In this document: positions 48,172 through 60,300 of the stretch, piece after piece
Layout: each line of letters starts with the position of its first letter
How positions within the stretch are numbered: the stretch's first letter is position 1
Origin: an uncultured Oscillospiraceae bacterium
GTDB lineage: Bacteria; Bacillota; Clostridia; Christensenellales; Aristaeellaceae
DNA length: 64,000 nt
Assembly: GCA_964624445.1 (NCBI GenBank)
Contig: CAZUXV010000002.1
Coordinates: 3,111 to 67,110, forward strand
Direction: 5' to 3'
Position numbers and translations under genes: made by a program
Notes under the pieces: generated by a model
Told to the model about the DNA's origin: nothing
Seen by the model: only the letters and a program-made list of their open reading frames with translations
The model's database searches: none

Positions 48172-49143
48172 TTAATAAACCATTTGGACCGTTCTTGTCT
48201 CACCTGATGTCAGCACAATATAAACCGGGAGCCGGTATACAATATTTGCGGGTTTTTCGACAGGCTTTCGTCCCTTGAAGTTGTTTTTGATAAAGTCAAG
48301 AGAGGCGTCTATCATCAGCGAGCCGGGGATAATCTTTCCCGCCTCGTCCGAACGACAGAAGCCGGAAACAATCCCATTGGGTGTCGCGTACCGCCTGTAA
48401 ACCTTGTCGCCGTATATGTTTTCATAGTAATAAAGCGTCGGATCCTTTTTCATCATCTTTACCTGGGACGGGATTTCGATCAGTTCCGTAACGTCAGTGT
48501 ATATAGGCAGTCTGTCCCATGGCGTAGGTTCAGGCACAGGCTCGCCCTTTTTCTCCGCGGAAGCTACGGCTTTCTCATACTTCTTTTTCTCGTTTGCCTG
48601 ATTTCTGATATATGCCCGGACATTGTTCTTTGTCGGAGGGTTGCACGGATAATACTTGCAGGGAAGTTCATTGGCGAGCTTGATCGGATTATCATCCTTG
48701 TTCGTCTGGATAATGTAGCTGTCCCCGCTTTCGTACACATCCGCCTTAAAGAAGCCCTGAAGCGTGTTCATGACGTTTTCGTCTTCCAGTTCATCCACTT
48801 CGGCGTACACACGGAATTCTGTATGCCCGTCAGATGCGGTGAATGCATAGACGCAATGGTTAACACCCTCAAGGTCAATCGCCTGGTAAAACACCGGGAT
48901 CTGGACATTGGTCGGGGCATCCTGCTGGATACGCATTGCGGAATGTGATTTTACCGGCTCGCGCATTACGATTACCGGCTCAGGAGTTGGCGTATCAGCG
49001 GCTTTTATTTCGATGGGTTTAATAATTACGGCTGCTGTTGCTTCAGGGCGTATATTGTCGGCAGGCTGGATTGCTCCGCAGCCGGTCAGTATCATCAACG
49101 ATAAAATGATCACAGCGAACAAAATCAATTTCTTCTTTTGCAT
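48172..49143 (-). CDS. Putative lipoprotein
   Basis: MQKKKLILF...ILTGC lipobox; start placed at ATG 49143 (RBS GGAGGT). Confidence 0.75.
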   Translation of the reverse strand: MQKKKLILFAVIILSLMILTGCGAIQPADNIRPEATAAVIIKPIEIKAADTPTPEPVIVMREPVKSHSAMRIQQDAPTNVQIPVFYQAIDLEGVNHCVYAFTASDGHTEFRVYAEVDELEDENVMNTLQGFFKADVYESGDSYIIQTNKDDNPIKLANELPCKYYPCNPPTKNNVRAYIRNQANEKKKYEKAVASAEKKGEPVPEPTPWDRLPIYTDVTELIEIPSQVKMMKKDPTLYYYENIYGDKVYRRYATPNGIVSGFCRSDEAGKIIPGSLMIDASLDFIKNNFKGRKPVEKPANIVYRLPVYIVLTSGETRTVQMVY

Positions 49144-49249
49144 AAATACCTCCAACAACGAAATCATTGGCTTCGTATATAATTATTCACTTCTTTTGGC
49201 GTTTTTATGATGCTTACGGAAAATTTCGGGCGAATAATATGTTTCTATA

Positions 49250-49795
49250 ATACACCGCATACAGTATTACCATAATACGCTGCATACTTTTTACAAATGA
49301 AAACATGCGACGGGTGGCATATTACGTATTACCATAATAACGGGAATATCATAATACCGGGCATACCATACGAGCAGTATCATCATATAAACCGTATTAC
49401 TATGCATACTATATTTATATGGCGATCTCCTCATATGCGTAATATCGTATTACCTACTATACTATATGCCTGATATTACCTTTATCAGCAAAACTGCGGG
49501 CTTATCTGTATACACAATATTACCAATCATACAGTATCGTATGTATTACCGTATGGAACTAACCGATCAATACGGGAAGGCGTCATTGCAATAACAGATC
49601 ATTGAAGTCACCTGGCGCATTTCCGCTACCCTTTCTTTAAGAGTGCGCGTGATCTGTATTACTGTAATAACAGTATTACGGTAAGATTGTGTATATCATA
49701 TTACATTTTATGCTTGACTTTTTTAAACAGGCTTAATATAATCGTATTACGGTTTATACCGTATGACCTTGCATATTGTAATACCGTATTACTTT
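49250..49795. repeat. AT-rich array of GTATTAC-type heptamers: putative centromere (parC/parS) and/or origin region
   Basis: About 10 exact or near copies in both orientations upstream of parA (e.g. near 49264, 49327, 49394, 49447, 49544, 49656, 49673, 49745, 49786). Confidence 0.7.
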
Positions 49796-49828
49796 TTAGC
49801 GGCTTGACTTTTCTTAAGGAGGTACTTT

Positions 49829-50605
49829 ATGAACATCCTGGCTGTTATCAACCAGAAAGGCGGCGTAGGTAAAACCACTACCGTTCTTTCGCTGGGCGCG
49901 TGTCTCGTCAAGAAAAAGAAGAAAGTGCTTCTGATCGACTTTGACGGGTCCGGCAATCTTACCTTTCTTTGCAAAGGCGAATCTATAGGTGTTTGCACCG
50001 CGTACGAAATGCTCACGCGGGAATGTACAGCAGAGGAAGCCGTACAGGAAATGCCCGGCGGTTATGACCTGATTGCGGCTAATTCCAATCTTCCCGGCGC
50101 GGAAAGCAAGATTGCCGATCCTGTTTCAAGGATTATCCGCCTGAAGCAGTGCCTGGCAAGCATCAAGGACCGCTACGACTGGATCATAATTGATACTCCG
50201 CCGAACCTGGGATTCCTGACCGCAAACGCCCTTGTCGCAGCAACAGACGTACTGATTCCTTCTGAACCGGATATTCTTTCCGGGAAAGGGATCCTCGCGC
50301 TTGTTGATGAAACGATCCGTTCCATCAAGGAAAGCGTCAATCCCACTCTTCGTATTCTTGGGATTGTTTTCACCAGGTTTACTGCCAACACAAACAACGC
50401 TAAAGCCATGTCTATGGCTATTCAGGACTTTGGCAATATGTACCATATAAAAATCTTCAACACCTGTATCAGAAATAATGTCAAAGTAAAGGATTCACAG
50501 TCTGCTCAGATCGACCTGATCAAATTCAATCCATCGGCAAACGCCGCGAAAGATTACATGGCTCTGACAGCAGAAATCTTAAAGGAGGCAAAGAAAAATG
50601 GCTAA
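49829..50605 (+). CDS. parA: ParA/Soj partition ATPase (no N-terminal HTH)
   Basis: NQKGGVGKTTT, VLLIDFD, YDWIIIDTPPNLG, NALVA, ILGIVFT. Confidence 0.95.
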   Translation: MNILAVINQKGGVGKTTTVLSLGACLVKKKKKVLLIDFDGSGNLTFLCKGESIGVCTAYEMLTRECTAEEAVQEMPGGYDLIAANSNLPGAESKIADPVSRIIRLKQCLASIKDRYDWIIIDTPPNLGFLTANALVAATDVLIPSEPDILSGKGILALVDETIRSIKESVNPTLRILGIVFTRFTANTNNAKAMSMAIQDFGNMYHIKIFNTCIRNNVKVKDSQSAQIDLIKFNPSANAAKDYMALTAEILKEAKKNG

Positions 50606-51002
50606 GAAGATCGATCCCGCCACACAGAGTAAGAGCTACCTTTCCAATCTTCTCGGAGATACAAGCATGAAACCCCTTCCCCAGAGCGCAGTAAATCCTT
50701 TACCGGCTGGAAGCATCCCTTACAACCCGCGTTCTGAAGCCGATGCGGAGGGAAACATGAATGAGAAGCCTCACGCCGGGAGAAAAAAGAAGAATCGCGA
50801 GACAAAGATTCGTACGAGCTTTACCGTTCTTCCTTCCGCGTTTGATAACCTGAGGCGTATCGCCTATATTGAACGCAAGTCTGTCAGCTCCATTCTTGGT
50901 GACTTCATTGCTCGCTATGTCGAATCCCATCAGTCGGCCCTGTCCGAATATTCAAAGTTGTCTGCTGAAGAAAGAGAAGAGCTTGAAGCCAGTTGGAGAT
51001 AA
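50598..51002 (+). CDS. Putative ribbon-helix-helix centromere-binding partner of ParA
   Basis: Overlaps the parA stop; disordered N-terminus, then RTSFTV strand and two helices (FDNLRRIAYIERKSVSSILGDFIARYVE). Confidence 0.7.
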   Translation: MAKKIDPATQSKSYLSNLLGDTSMKPLPQSAVNPLPAGSIPYNPRSEADAEGNMNEKPHAGRKKKNRETKIRTSFTVLPSAFDNLRRIAYIERKSVSSILGDFIARYVESHQSALSEYSKLSAEEREELEASWR

Positions 51003-51049
51003 AATTCCAGCGCAACCCGAGCGGCGCATGCCGCTCTTTTCTTTTTGCT

Positions 51050-51262
51050 TAACAGTATTACTGTATTACCTTACATACTGTATTTTTGAATCACTGCATT
51101 TTGTTTGCTGCAAGGCAACAGCGCGAGCTTTGACAGCATTTTTCACTTTATCAGCCTCAAATAAAATTCTTGTTTCGTATTACAGTATTACCATGCACAT
51201 TATATCGCTGTATATATTACCAACCAGCGTATTGTATTACGGTATTACTGTGTTACTGTATG
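51050..51262. repeat. Second GTATTAC heptamer cluster downstream of the par cassette
   Basis: CAGTATTACTGTATTAC, CGTATTACAGTATTAC, TGTATTACGGTATTACTGTGTTAC. Confidence 0.7.
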
Positions 51263-51285
51263 TTATATATTATTATGCTGCATAT

Positions 51286-51318
51286 AAAAGCCCCGTGCTG
51301 TTTATGTCAGCACGGGGC
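51286..51318 (-). terminator. Terminator of the giant adhesin gene
   Basis: GCCCCGTGCTG/CAGCACGGGGC stem with a T run on the minus strand. Confidence 0.75.
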
Positions 51319-51337
51319 AGGGGAGGATCAGCCCGGC

Positions 51338-54300
51338 TTAAGCCGTCTTTTTCCTCTTTTTGATGATGATTACGACAGCTGCGGCCAGCAGCAGGATCAG
51401 ATCACCGATTCCGAACCACAAATACGGGCTGTCCAGCCTTACTCCGGTCTTGATGACCGGGTAGTTCACGAACCGGAACATCTCGTCGGGGATGATGTAA
51501 TTCTCATTGATTTCAATTACGATTACTTCATCCGAGACAGCGTATCCATCCAGAGGCTTGGTTTCGCGGATAACGTATCTGCCGTTCTCCAGGTCTGTGA
51601 TACGTACTATACCATCCTTATCAGATTCGTAGTAATCGATCACGGAACCGTTCGCATCCTCCAGCGAGAATTCGACGCCCGCAAGCGGTTCGCCCTTGTG
51701 GTTGGTCTTGACGAACTCGTAATGGTTCGGGATATCAACGCAGGTGTACATATCCGGAGCTGTCCAGTTTTCGTCTACATGGATCGTGATATCCGGCATC
51801 TGGTTAAATCCATCCGGCACCTTGGTTTCGCGTACGACCCAATCGCCGTACCCGAAGCGTGTCATTTCAAACTCGCCGTTTTCTGCACTCCTGACGGTTT
51901 CAATGACCTCGCCGGTCTTGGCGTTAATCATGGAGAATTCAGCGCCTGCGATAGGCTTGCCGCTGGTATCCACCTTGATGAACTTGATAGATCTCGGCTG
52001 GTTGGTAAACGTCGTTACAGGCGCTCCACTGTTGACATAATTCTTGTCGATGGAGATCTCAAAGACAGCGGTGCCAAGCAGGAATCCGTTCGGAGGTTCA
52101 ATTTCCTTAATGGTGTACTTGCCATACGGGATCTTGTAGAACGTTGCGATACCATTGGACGTGGAGGTTGCTGTAGCAATCTGTACTCCGTCCGCGTTGA
52201 ATATACCGAACTTCGCTCCTGCAAGCGGGTTCTCCCAGTTGTCGGTCTTCAGCACCTTGATCTCGACCATGTCGTTCTTAGCCTTAACGACTGCGTCTAC
52301 CACATAAGTGCATGCATCCTTATAGTGGAGGGTGACATTCTGGCGGTTTGCCGTGTAAATGTAGCCTTCCGGCGCGGATGTTTCCACGACGTAATACTCA
52401 CCGAACGGCAGCGGGGAAGTAGCCGCGTTTCCGTTGACGGTAGTTGTTATCGTCTCAACGAGTTCGTCTGCCTTGAACCAGACGGAGCCATCCTTGCCAA
52501 GGACATCTTTCAGCGCATGGACTTCGAACACCGCACCTTCAAGGAACTGCTGTTTGTTTTCACCGTTATCAATGTAATCGCCCAGCTTTTCAATGATAAT
52601 CCGGCCTCTGTACGGACGATAGACGTTGTTGATCGCGACTTCGTCCATGGCTGTTTCATTCACAGCATACGCTTTCTTGAGCTCAAGGACACCATTATTG
52701 TCGGTGACCGTCACGGTCACGGCATATACTGCGCTGTCGCACGTATAATCCCTGTCTTTGGCGTCAATCTCGTGGATTGTGTACTGATACACGCCAGCGT
52801 GTTCGTAGGTGATGTTTCCGAAGCTTACGGAGCCGTGATCGTGGATCGTAACAGTCTTTGTTCCCTGTTCAGTTCCTTCGGGCATCGGTGCGTTGCCGAC
52901 TGCTGTAAGGACGAACCTGAAGTCAAGCTGCTCGCTTTCCCGTCTGGCTTCACCTTCCATAAACTTGCTGACGTAGAGGTGATCCGCAACCGGGACCGGC
53001 TTGTAGTTGTTGGTAATGGTCAGCGTTTCAACGGGCGTTTCGTCTACGGAGAGCGTCTGTTCAAGCCTGCCGTCGTTATCAAAGACGGATACAAGGACTT
53101 GATAAACATTACTGTCGTAGGTATAGCCTGTTTCGTGGCCTTCGGTTTCTGTCAGCGTATAATTATACTCGCCGGCATGGGTGTAAACAATCTTACCGAA
53201 CTCACCAGCAGCGGCGCCGATGACAGACACGGTCTTTTCATCATTCTCGCTGTCTTCAGGCATCGGGGAGGTAACAGTGTTACCGGCAATGGTTCCTTCT
53301 TCAGCGTGCAGTGTGAATGTAAACGTCTTATCGAATCCAGTGGGAGTCGGATCTCCGGTAATCTTCTTGACAACAGGCATATTCTGTTCAACAGGAATCG
53401 GAGTGTAATCATTCATGAATACGATTTGCTCATATTCATTTTCCTCTTCATCCACAGCGAGCCATGTTGCTTCGAGCTTGCCGTTGTTGTCTGCGACGCT
53501 TACAACTGCTGTGTACACGGTTCCATCGAATGTGTACCCGGTCCAGTCTTCGGTCTTTTCGGTTACGGTGTACTTATATACGCCGGCGCGTGTGAAGTGG
53601 ATGTTGCCGAACTCCGTGCTTCCTTCATCCGTGATGTACGCATGATCGGTTTCTGCGGTAGCCTGTTCAGCTTCTTCCAGTGATCCGCTCTGGTCAATCC
53701 AGGAATCATTCTGGATTTCAAATGTGAACGTCTTCTTTACAGGACGCTCGTGACCGCCTGTAATGACCTTGGAGATCGGCAGCTGGAGATCCGTCGGAAT
53801 CGGCACATACTCGTTCTCGAACAGCAGGTTCCTTGCCATGTGGATCGAATTGCCATCCGGGTATGTGATCACATAATCTGCGGTAAGCGTACCCTCATCA
53901 TCAACGACTGTGATTGTTACGTCATATACGATGGTATCGTATGTGTATCCGACGAGCTCATCGTCCAGTTCGTAAACATGATAGACATACTTGCCTTTCT
54001 TTGTGAATGTCACATCAAAGGCATCCGCATGAGTCTGTTTTCCGACGAAGGACACGATAGCTTCCGCAGGATCCGGGTATGCCGGATTATCTTTTTCAAC
54101 GGCGAACCTGAATTCAGACGGCGTCCAGGGCTGCTGGTTGAAGATCTGCTTGATGATCGGCAGCCGGACTGTTACGGGGATCGGTGTGTAATCATTGGTA
54201 AATACAACCTTGTTTACTGCTTCGCCGTTATCTGTCCATACCGCTTCAAGCGTGCCTTCGTTGTCTGTTACGGTAACAACGATCTTGTGTTCGGTTTCAT

Positions 54301-57300
54301 CGAATGTATAGCCGATATAATCAGCTTCATTCTCAGGAGCTTCTTCCTTGACAGTGTATTCATATACGCCTGTTGCCACGAACTTGATGGCGGGGAAGTA
54401 GGCTGTACCGGATCCGTTAATTACCAGTTCGTTATCGAACGGCACGGGAGACGCTTCGTCTGCGGGTGTAATCGTGAACACGAAGTCTCTCGGCTCTGTG
54501 ACCCTTGTGCCTGTCATGGCTTTCTTAACGGGTATCCTGACTTCGACAGGTGAAGGCATATAGTTATTGGTGAATGCAGCCTTTACGTCAGAGTCTTCTG
54601 TTACGAGAGCGTCTTCAATGAATACTTCCGCAATCAGCTGTGCGTTTTCATCCCTGACCTCTACGCGCACATTGATGAGGTTTGTATCGTACGTGTATCC
54701 CTTGGATGTTCCGGCGATTTCACGGACGATGTACTTGTATGTGCCTGCCTTGACATACGTGATCGGCAGGAACTCGCCGTCGTTGGCGCCGCTGACGCTG
54801 ACTTCGTCGGCTGCAGGCATCGGCGCGTCGCTTGTGGTCAGGATTCTGAAGTTAAACTGTGCGTCGGACGGTGTGGCATGACCTGTAAGGACTTTGCGAA
54901 CCGGGATTACAGCGGTTGTGGGAGCAGGCGTGTAGTTGTTGACAAACACGGCGTTTCCATAAGCGGTCTTGTCGTCAACCTTCCAGAACGCTTCGAGCCT
55001 TCCGTTGTGATCCGTAATGGTCACTTTGACGGTATGCTTTGATTCATCGTAGGTATATCCGGCTTCTCCTGTTGCCGTTTCCTCGATTTCGTATTCATAC
55101 TCGCCAACCTTGGTGTATGTAATGCCATTGAATGTGTTGCTGCCCTCGTCGGTAATGCTGATTTCATTATTCTCAGCCTCCGGCGCATCTTCTGTAACAG
55201 CCTTCAGTGTAAAGATGAAGTCTTTTTCCTCACCATCAGGCCTGGGCTGTCCTTCAATGCTCTTTACAACAGGAAGTTCAATCGTTACAGGTACGGGCGT
55301 GTAATCGTTCGTAAAGGATACATACTCGACGGTTTCATCGTTATCTGTCCATGTAAGTTCGAGATTTCCGTCGTTATCGGTTACGGTAACGATTATGGTA
55401 TGTACTGTTTCGTCGTAGGTATAACCAATTTCGGTATCCTTGGTTTCTGTGAGCTGGTATGTGTACACACCCTTCTCTGTGAACCAGATATCTCCGAACA
55501 GTGCGGTTCCTTCGTCCTTGATCCTTGCCTCCGAGATGACAGGCATCGGTACTTCACCGGATGCGCTTTCTGCCTCAACGGGAGCCAGCGTGAAGGTGAA
55601 TGTCTTCTGGAGCTCGCTTTGGCGGTCATTACCCGTTATCGCTTTCTGTACGGGGATATTCAGATGCGTCGGGATCGGCACATACTCGTTGGTAAACAGG
55701 ATTTCGTCAGCGTACAGGCTGTCTACAGTCCACGTCGGAACAAGCACGCCGTGGTCGTCTGTGACCCTAACAAGGATGATATGCTGTGCGTTATCGTATG
55801 TATATCCGGTATCGCTGCCTTCAACTTCTGTGACGACATAGGCGTACATTCCGGCTTCAGTGTAAGTAATAGGCTTAAACTTACCGCTGGATGCTCCGGT
55901 TACAGTGGCCTTGTTGTCTTCAGGCATCGGCGCTTCATCGATGTAGTTCAGTTCAAAGACAAATTCCTTATCAGACGGTGTTTCCTGACCCGTCAGATCC
56001 TTACGGATCGGCAGTTCAAGCACGGCCGCGACCGGCGTATAGTCATTCTCGAACAGGACTGCGTCAACAATCTCGTCGCCGTCTGTCCATACCGCCTTCA
56101 GCGTTCCGTCATCATCTGTGACAACGATCTTGACCTCATGCTCGGTTGTGTCGTAGGTATAGCCTGTAGAATCGCCCTGAGTTTCCTTCACGGTGTAGGT
56201 GTATGTGCCTACCGCGGCAAACTCGATTTCGGGGAAGTAAGTGAAGCCTTCGTCCTCAATAGACACTTCCGTGCCGGAAGGAACGGGCTGTTCAATGATG
56301 TAATCCGGTGTATTTTCCATACCGGAGGCTTCAATCGTGAACAGGAAGGTTTCCTTTTCATCCGGGCGTTCATTTCCTGTTATATCTTTTGCAACAGGAA
56401 TCTCAACCTTGACATGGGTCGGGAAATACTCGTTAGTGAACGATACCGCTTCGACTACCGCTCCGGTATCTGTCCATGCAGTTTCGAGCGTTCCGTGGTT
56501 ATCGGTTACTGTAATGGTTACCTGATGGAGTTCGTTGTCATAAGTATATCCTGTGTCGAACCCTCTTGCTTCTGTGATCTGGTAATGATACTCACCGGCT
56601 TCTGTGAACCTGATCTCTCCAAACTTGACTTTCTCCGCTCCTGTTGCACTGATCCTTGAGACTGCGGGGAGGGGAGAATTGTCGGTTGTGGAGATCTCGA
56701 ACAAGAACGCCTTGTTGTTCGGTGTCGGATGCCCTGTGAGATGCTTGACTACGGGGATCTCAAAGGTTGTCGGGACGGGATGATACTCATTCGTGAACGA
56801 TACCTGCGTTACGGTAAGCTCATTATCTGTCCAGGTCACGATCAGCTTGCCGCCAACATCCACAACCGTCGCGCGGATTGCGTGTTCTGTTGTGTCGTAG
56901 GTGTATCCGGTGCTGTCTCCGGCTGTTTCTGTGATCTTGTAGTCGTAAATGCCGGTTTCTGTAAAGGTGATGTCCGGGAAGTATGTGAAGCCCGCATCAG
57001 TAATACGGATCTCGGCATTTTCAGGCATCGGCTGTTCCAGACCGTCGGTGACGTTCTCCATGCCTACGGCCTCAATGTTAAACAGGAATGTTTCCTTTTC
57101 ATCGGGACGCTCATGTCCGTCTACAGCCTTTGCAACGGGGATCTTCAGGACGGCAGGTTCAGGCGTATAGTCATTGGTGAACGTAATCGTTTCGACTGTT
57201 TCGCCGTTATCTGTCCATGTAGCTTCAAGGTTACCGTTGTTGTCTACGACCGTTACCTTAACGGTATGCTCAGTATCGTCGTATGTGTATCCGCGGTCGC

Positions 57301-60300
57301 CTTCGTCCAGTTCGCGCACAACATACTCATATTCACCGGCATGGCGGAATACAATCGTTCCGAACAGGTCGTTTCCTTCATCACGGATTGTTACAGTATC
57401 GCCCTCTGTACCGGGAGCACCGTCGAGTGCTTCAAGTTCGAAGGTGAAGTTCACTCTGTAGTTTTCATTCCTTGCGTTACCCGTGATAACTTTCTCAACC
57501 GGGATTCGCAGGCTGGTTTCTACAGGCAGGTAGTTATTCGTGAACTCCGCAAACTCCTTATCCTGGCTGTCAATCGTGTAGGTTGCAACCAGAACGCCGT
57601 TGATATCGCGAACCGTTACGATGATCGTATGCACGGTTCCGTCGTAGGTGTAGCCAACAGCGGTTCCGGCATTTTCAGACACAGTGTATACATACACTCC
57701 GGCTGTATCATAGGTGATGGCCGGGAACTTAGCCGTGCCTTCGTCCTCAATCGTGATTTCGGTTTCATCCGGCAGGGGAGCATTGGAGTCGGAAGGCGTA
57801 TTCAGACTGAATACGAAGGTTTCCTTCTGTTCGGGACGCTCGTCGCCGGTGATTGCCTTGGATACCGGGATTTCAAGCGTCGCATCGTCCGGGTTGTAAT
57901 CATTGGTGAAAGCTACATCGGAAACGGTTTCTTCATTGTCCGTCCATACAGCTTCCAATACGCCGTGATTATCAGTTACGACAACGCGGATCGCGTGTTC
58001 GGTATCATCGTAGGTGTACCCGTGCATATCGCCCTGGGTTTCCTTGATGATGTAATTGTATGTGCCGACTTCTGTGTAGGTAATAGCCGGGAAGGAAACC
58101 TTTCCGATGTCGGTGATCTGAACCTCTGTCAGCGCGGGCATCGGTTGTTCCAGACCGTCGGTGACGTTCTCCATGCCAGCAGCTTCGATAGTGAACAGGA
58201 AGGTTTCTTTATCCAGCGGACGGTCATTGCCCGTGATATCTTTGCTTACAGGGATAATAACCTGTACAGGAATCGGTGTGTAGTCGTTGACGAACCCAGC
58301 CTCCGCTTCCTCTTCGTTATCCATAGTCCAGGTCACTTCCAGATTTCCCGCGTTATCTGTGACAGTCACAACAACCGTCTTTACAGACACATCGTAGGTG
58401 TACCCGGTGGAATCGGCGCGGGTTTCACGCACGGAGTAGTTATACGTTCCTGCGTGTTCGTAGGTGATGGGAGCAAATTTAGCTTCGCCTTCGTCCTCAA
58501 TCGTTACGAACCGGTCGGCAGGGATTGGGCTGTTCGCGCTTTCAGCTGCCAGTTCGAAGGTGAAGGTTTCCTTGTCTTCCGGTCTTTCGTTGCCTGTGAT
58601 GCTCTTGGTAACGGGGATCTCAAGCGTTACAGGAACGGGCGTGTAGTCGTTGGTAAACGGTACAGCAGCAACCAATCCTTCATCGCAGGTCCAGGAAGCC
58701 TCAAGGATACCGGCATTATCTGTAACGACAATGCTGACAACACGGCTCGTAGTATCGTAGGTGTAGCCTGTTGCATCGCCCTGCGTTTCGGAGACTGTAT
58801 AGTTGTATGTGCCTGTTTCTGTGAATGTCATGGCGGGGAAAGACTCCTGCCCAACGTCCGTGATACGGATTTCTGTTTCTTCGGGCATGGGCTGTACAAG
58901 ACCGTCGGTGACATTTTCCATGCCAGACGCTTCGATAGTGAACAGGAAGGTTTCCTTTTCGTCAGGACGTTCATCACCTGTGATATCCTTGCTGATCGGG
59001 ATTACAACGTCAACCGGAGCAGGCGTGTAATCATTGGTGAACAGGACATTTTCAACTGTTTCATCGTTATCTGTCCAGACCGCCGTCAGATGACCGTTCT
59101 CATCTTCAACGGTAATGACGATGACGTGCTCAGTCGTGTCGTAAGTGTATCCGTCGGTGTCTTCCTGTGTTTCCGCAACGATGTATTTATACTCGCCGGC
59201 ATGTTCAAGCGTGATCTCACCAAACTCTGCAGTGCCTTCGTCCTTGATGGAAGCCGTCCGGATGATGGGCATAGGCGCTTCATCTTCGCCTTCAATCGTG
59301 AACCGGAAGGTGTTCTTATAGGCGTTGGGCCTTGCGTTGCCTGTGATCTTCTTCTCAACAGGAATTACAACGGTAGTGGGTGTGGGAACGTAGCGGTTTG
59401 TGAACGCGACATTATTGCCGTCGTTTATGGCGTGTCCGTTATCCGTCCACTTGGCGACCAGTTCGCCGCCCTCATCTGTTACGGTAACAATGAGTACGTG
59501 GCTGGATCTGTCGTAGGTGTAGCCCTCCGCGGAGCCTTCAGTTTCAACCAGCGTATACTGGTAGGTTCCCGCTGTATTATAGGTGATTTCCGGGAAGGAT
59601 GCCGTGCCCTCATCTGTGATTTCAACCACATTATTTTCAGGCATCGGGGAATCATTCGGAGTTTCCAGCGTGAAGATGAAGGTTTCCTTCTGATCCGGAC
59701 GATCATCGCCGGTAATGGTCTTTTCAACCGGGATAACCAGAACCGCATCAACCGGGTTATAATCGTTTACAAACGGTACGTTTTCAACAATATCTCCATT
59801 GTCTGTCCATACTGCCTCAAGCGCGCCGTTGTTGTCTGTTACGACCACCTGGATTGCATGTTCTGTATCATCGTACGTATAACCCAGACTGTCAGCCATC
59901 TTTTCTGTGACAGTATAGTTGTACGTGCCGGTTTCGGTATAGGTCATAGCCGGGAACGATTCAAATCCGACATCCGTGATCTGGATCTGTGTTTCTTCAG
60001 GCATCGGCTGTTCGAGGCCATCCGTCACATTTTCCATTCCGGCGGCGGCGATGTCAAAGAGGAAGGTCTCTTTTTCATCAGGACGATCATTGCCCGTGAT
60101 GTCTTTGCTGACGGGGATGACTACATCAACAGGAGCAGGCGTATAGTCGTTCGTGAAGGATACAGACTCTACGGTCTCGCCGTCATCAGTCCACTCAGCG
60201 CTCAGTACGCCGTCGGTGTCTGTTACCACAACCTCAATGGCGTGTTCGGAACGATCATAGGTGTATCCCTTTGCTGTTCCGGTTTCCTCGCGGAAGATAT

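Noticed and set aside
49250..51262. CRISPR array
   Set aside because: Repeats are 7-9 nt and irregularly spaced; no cas genes
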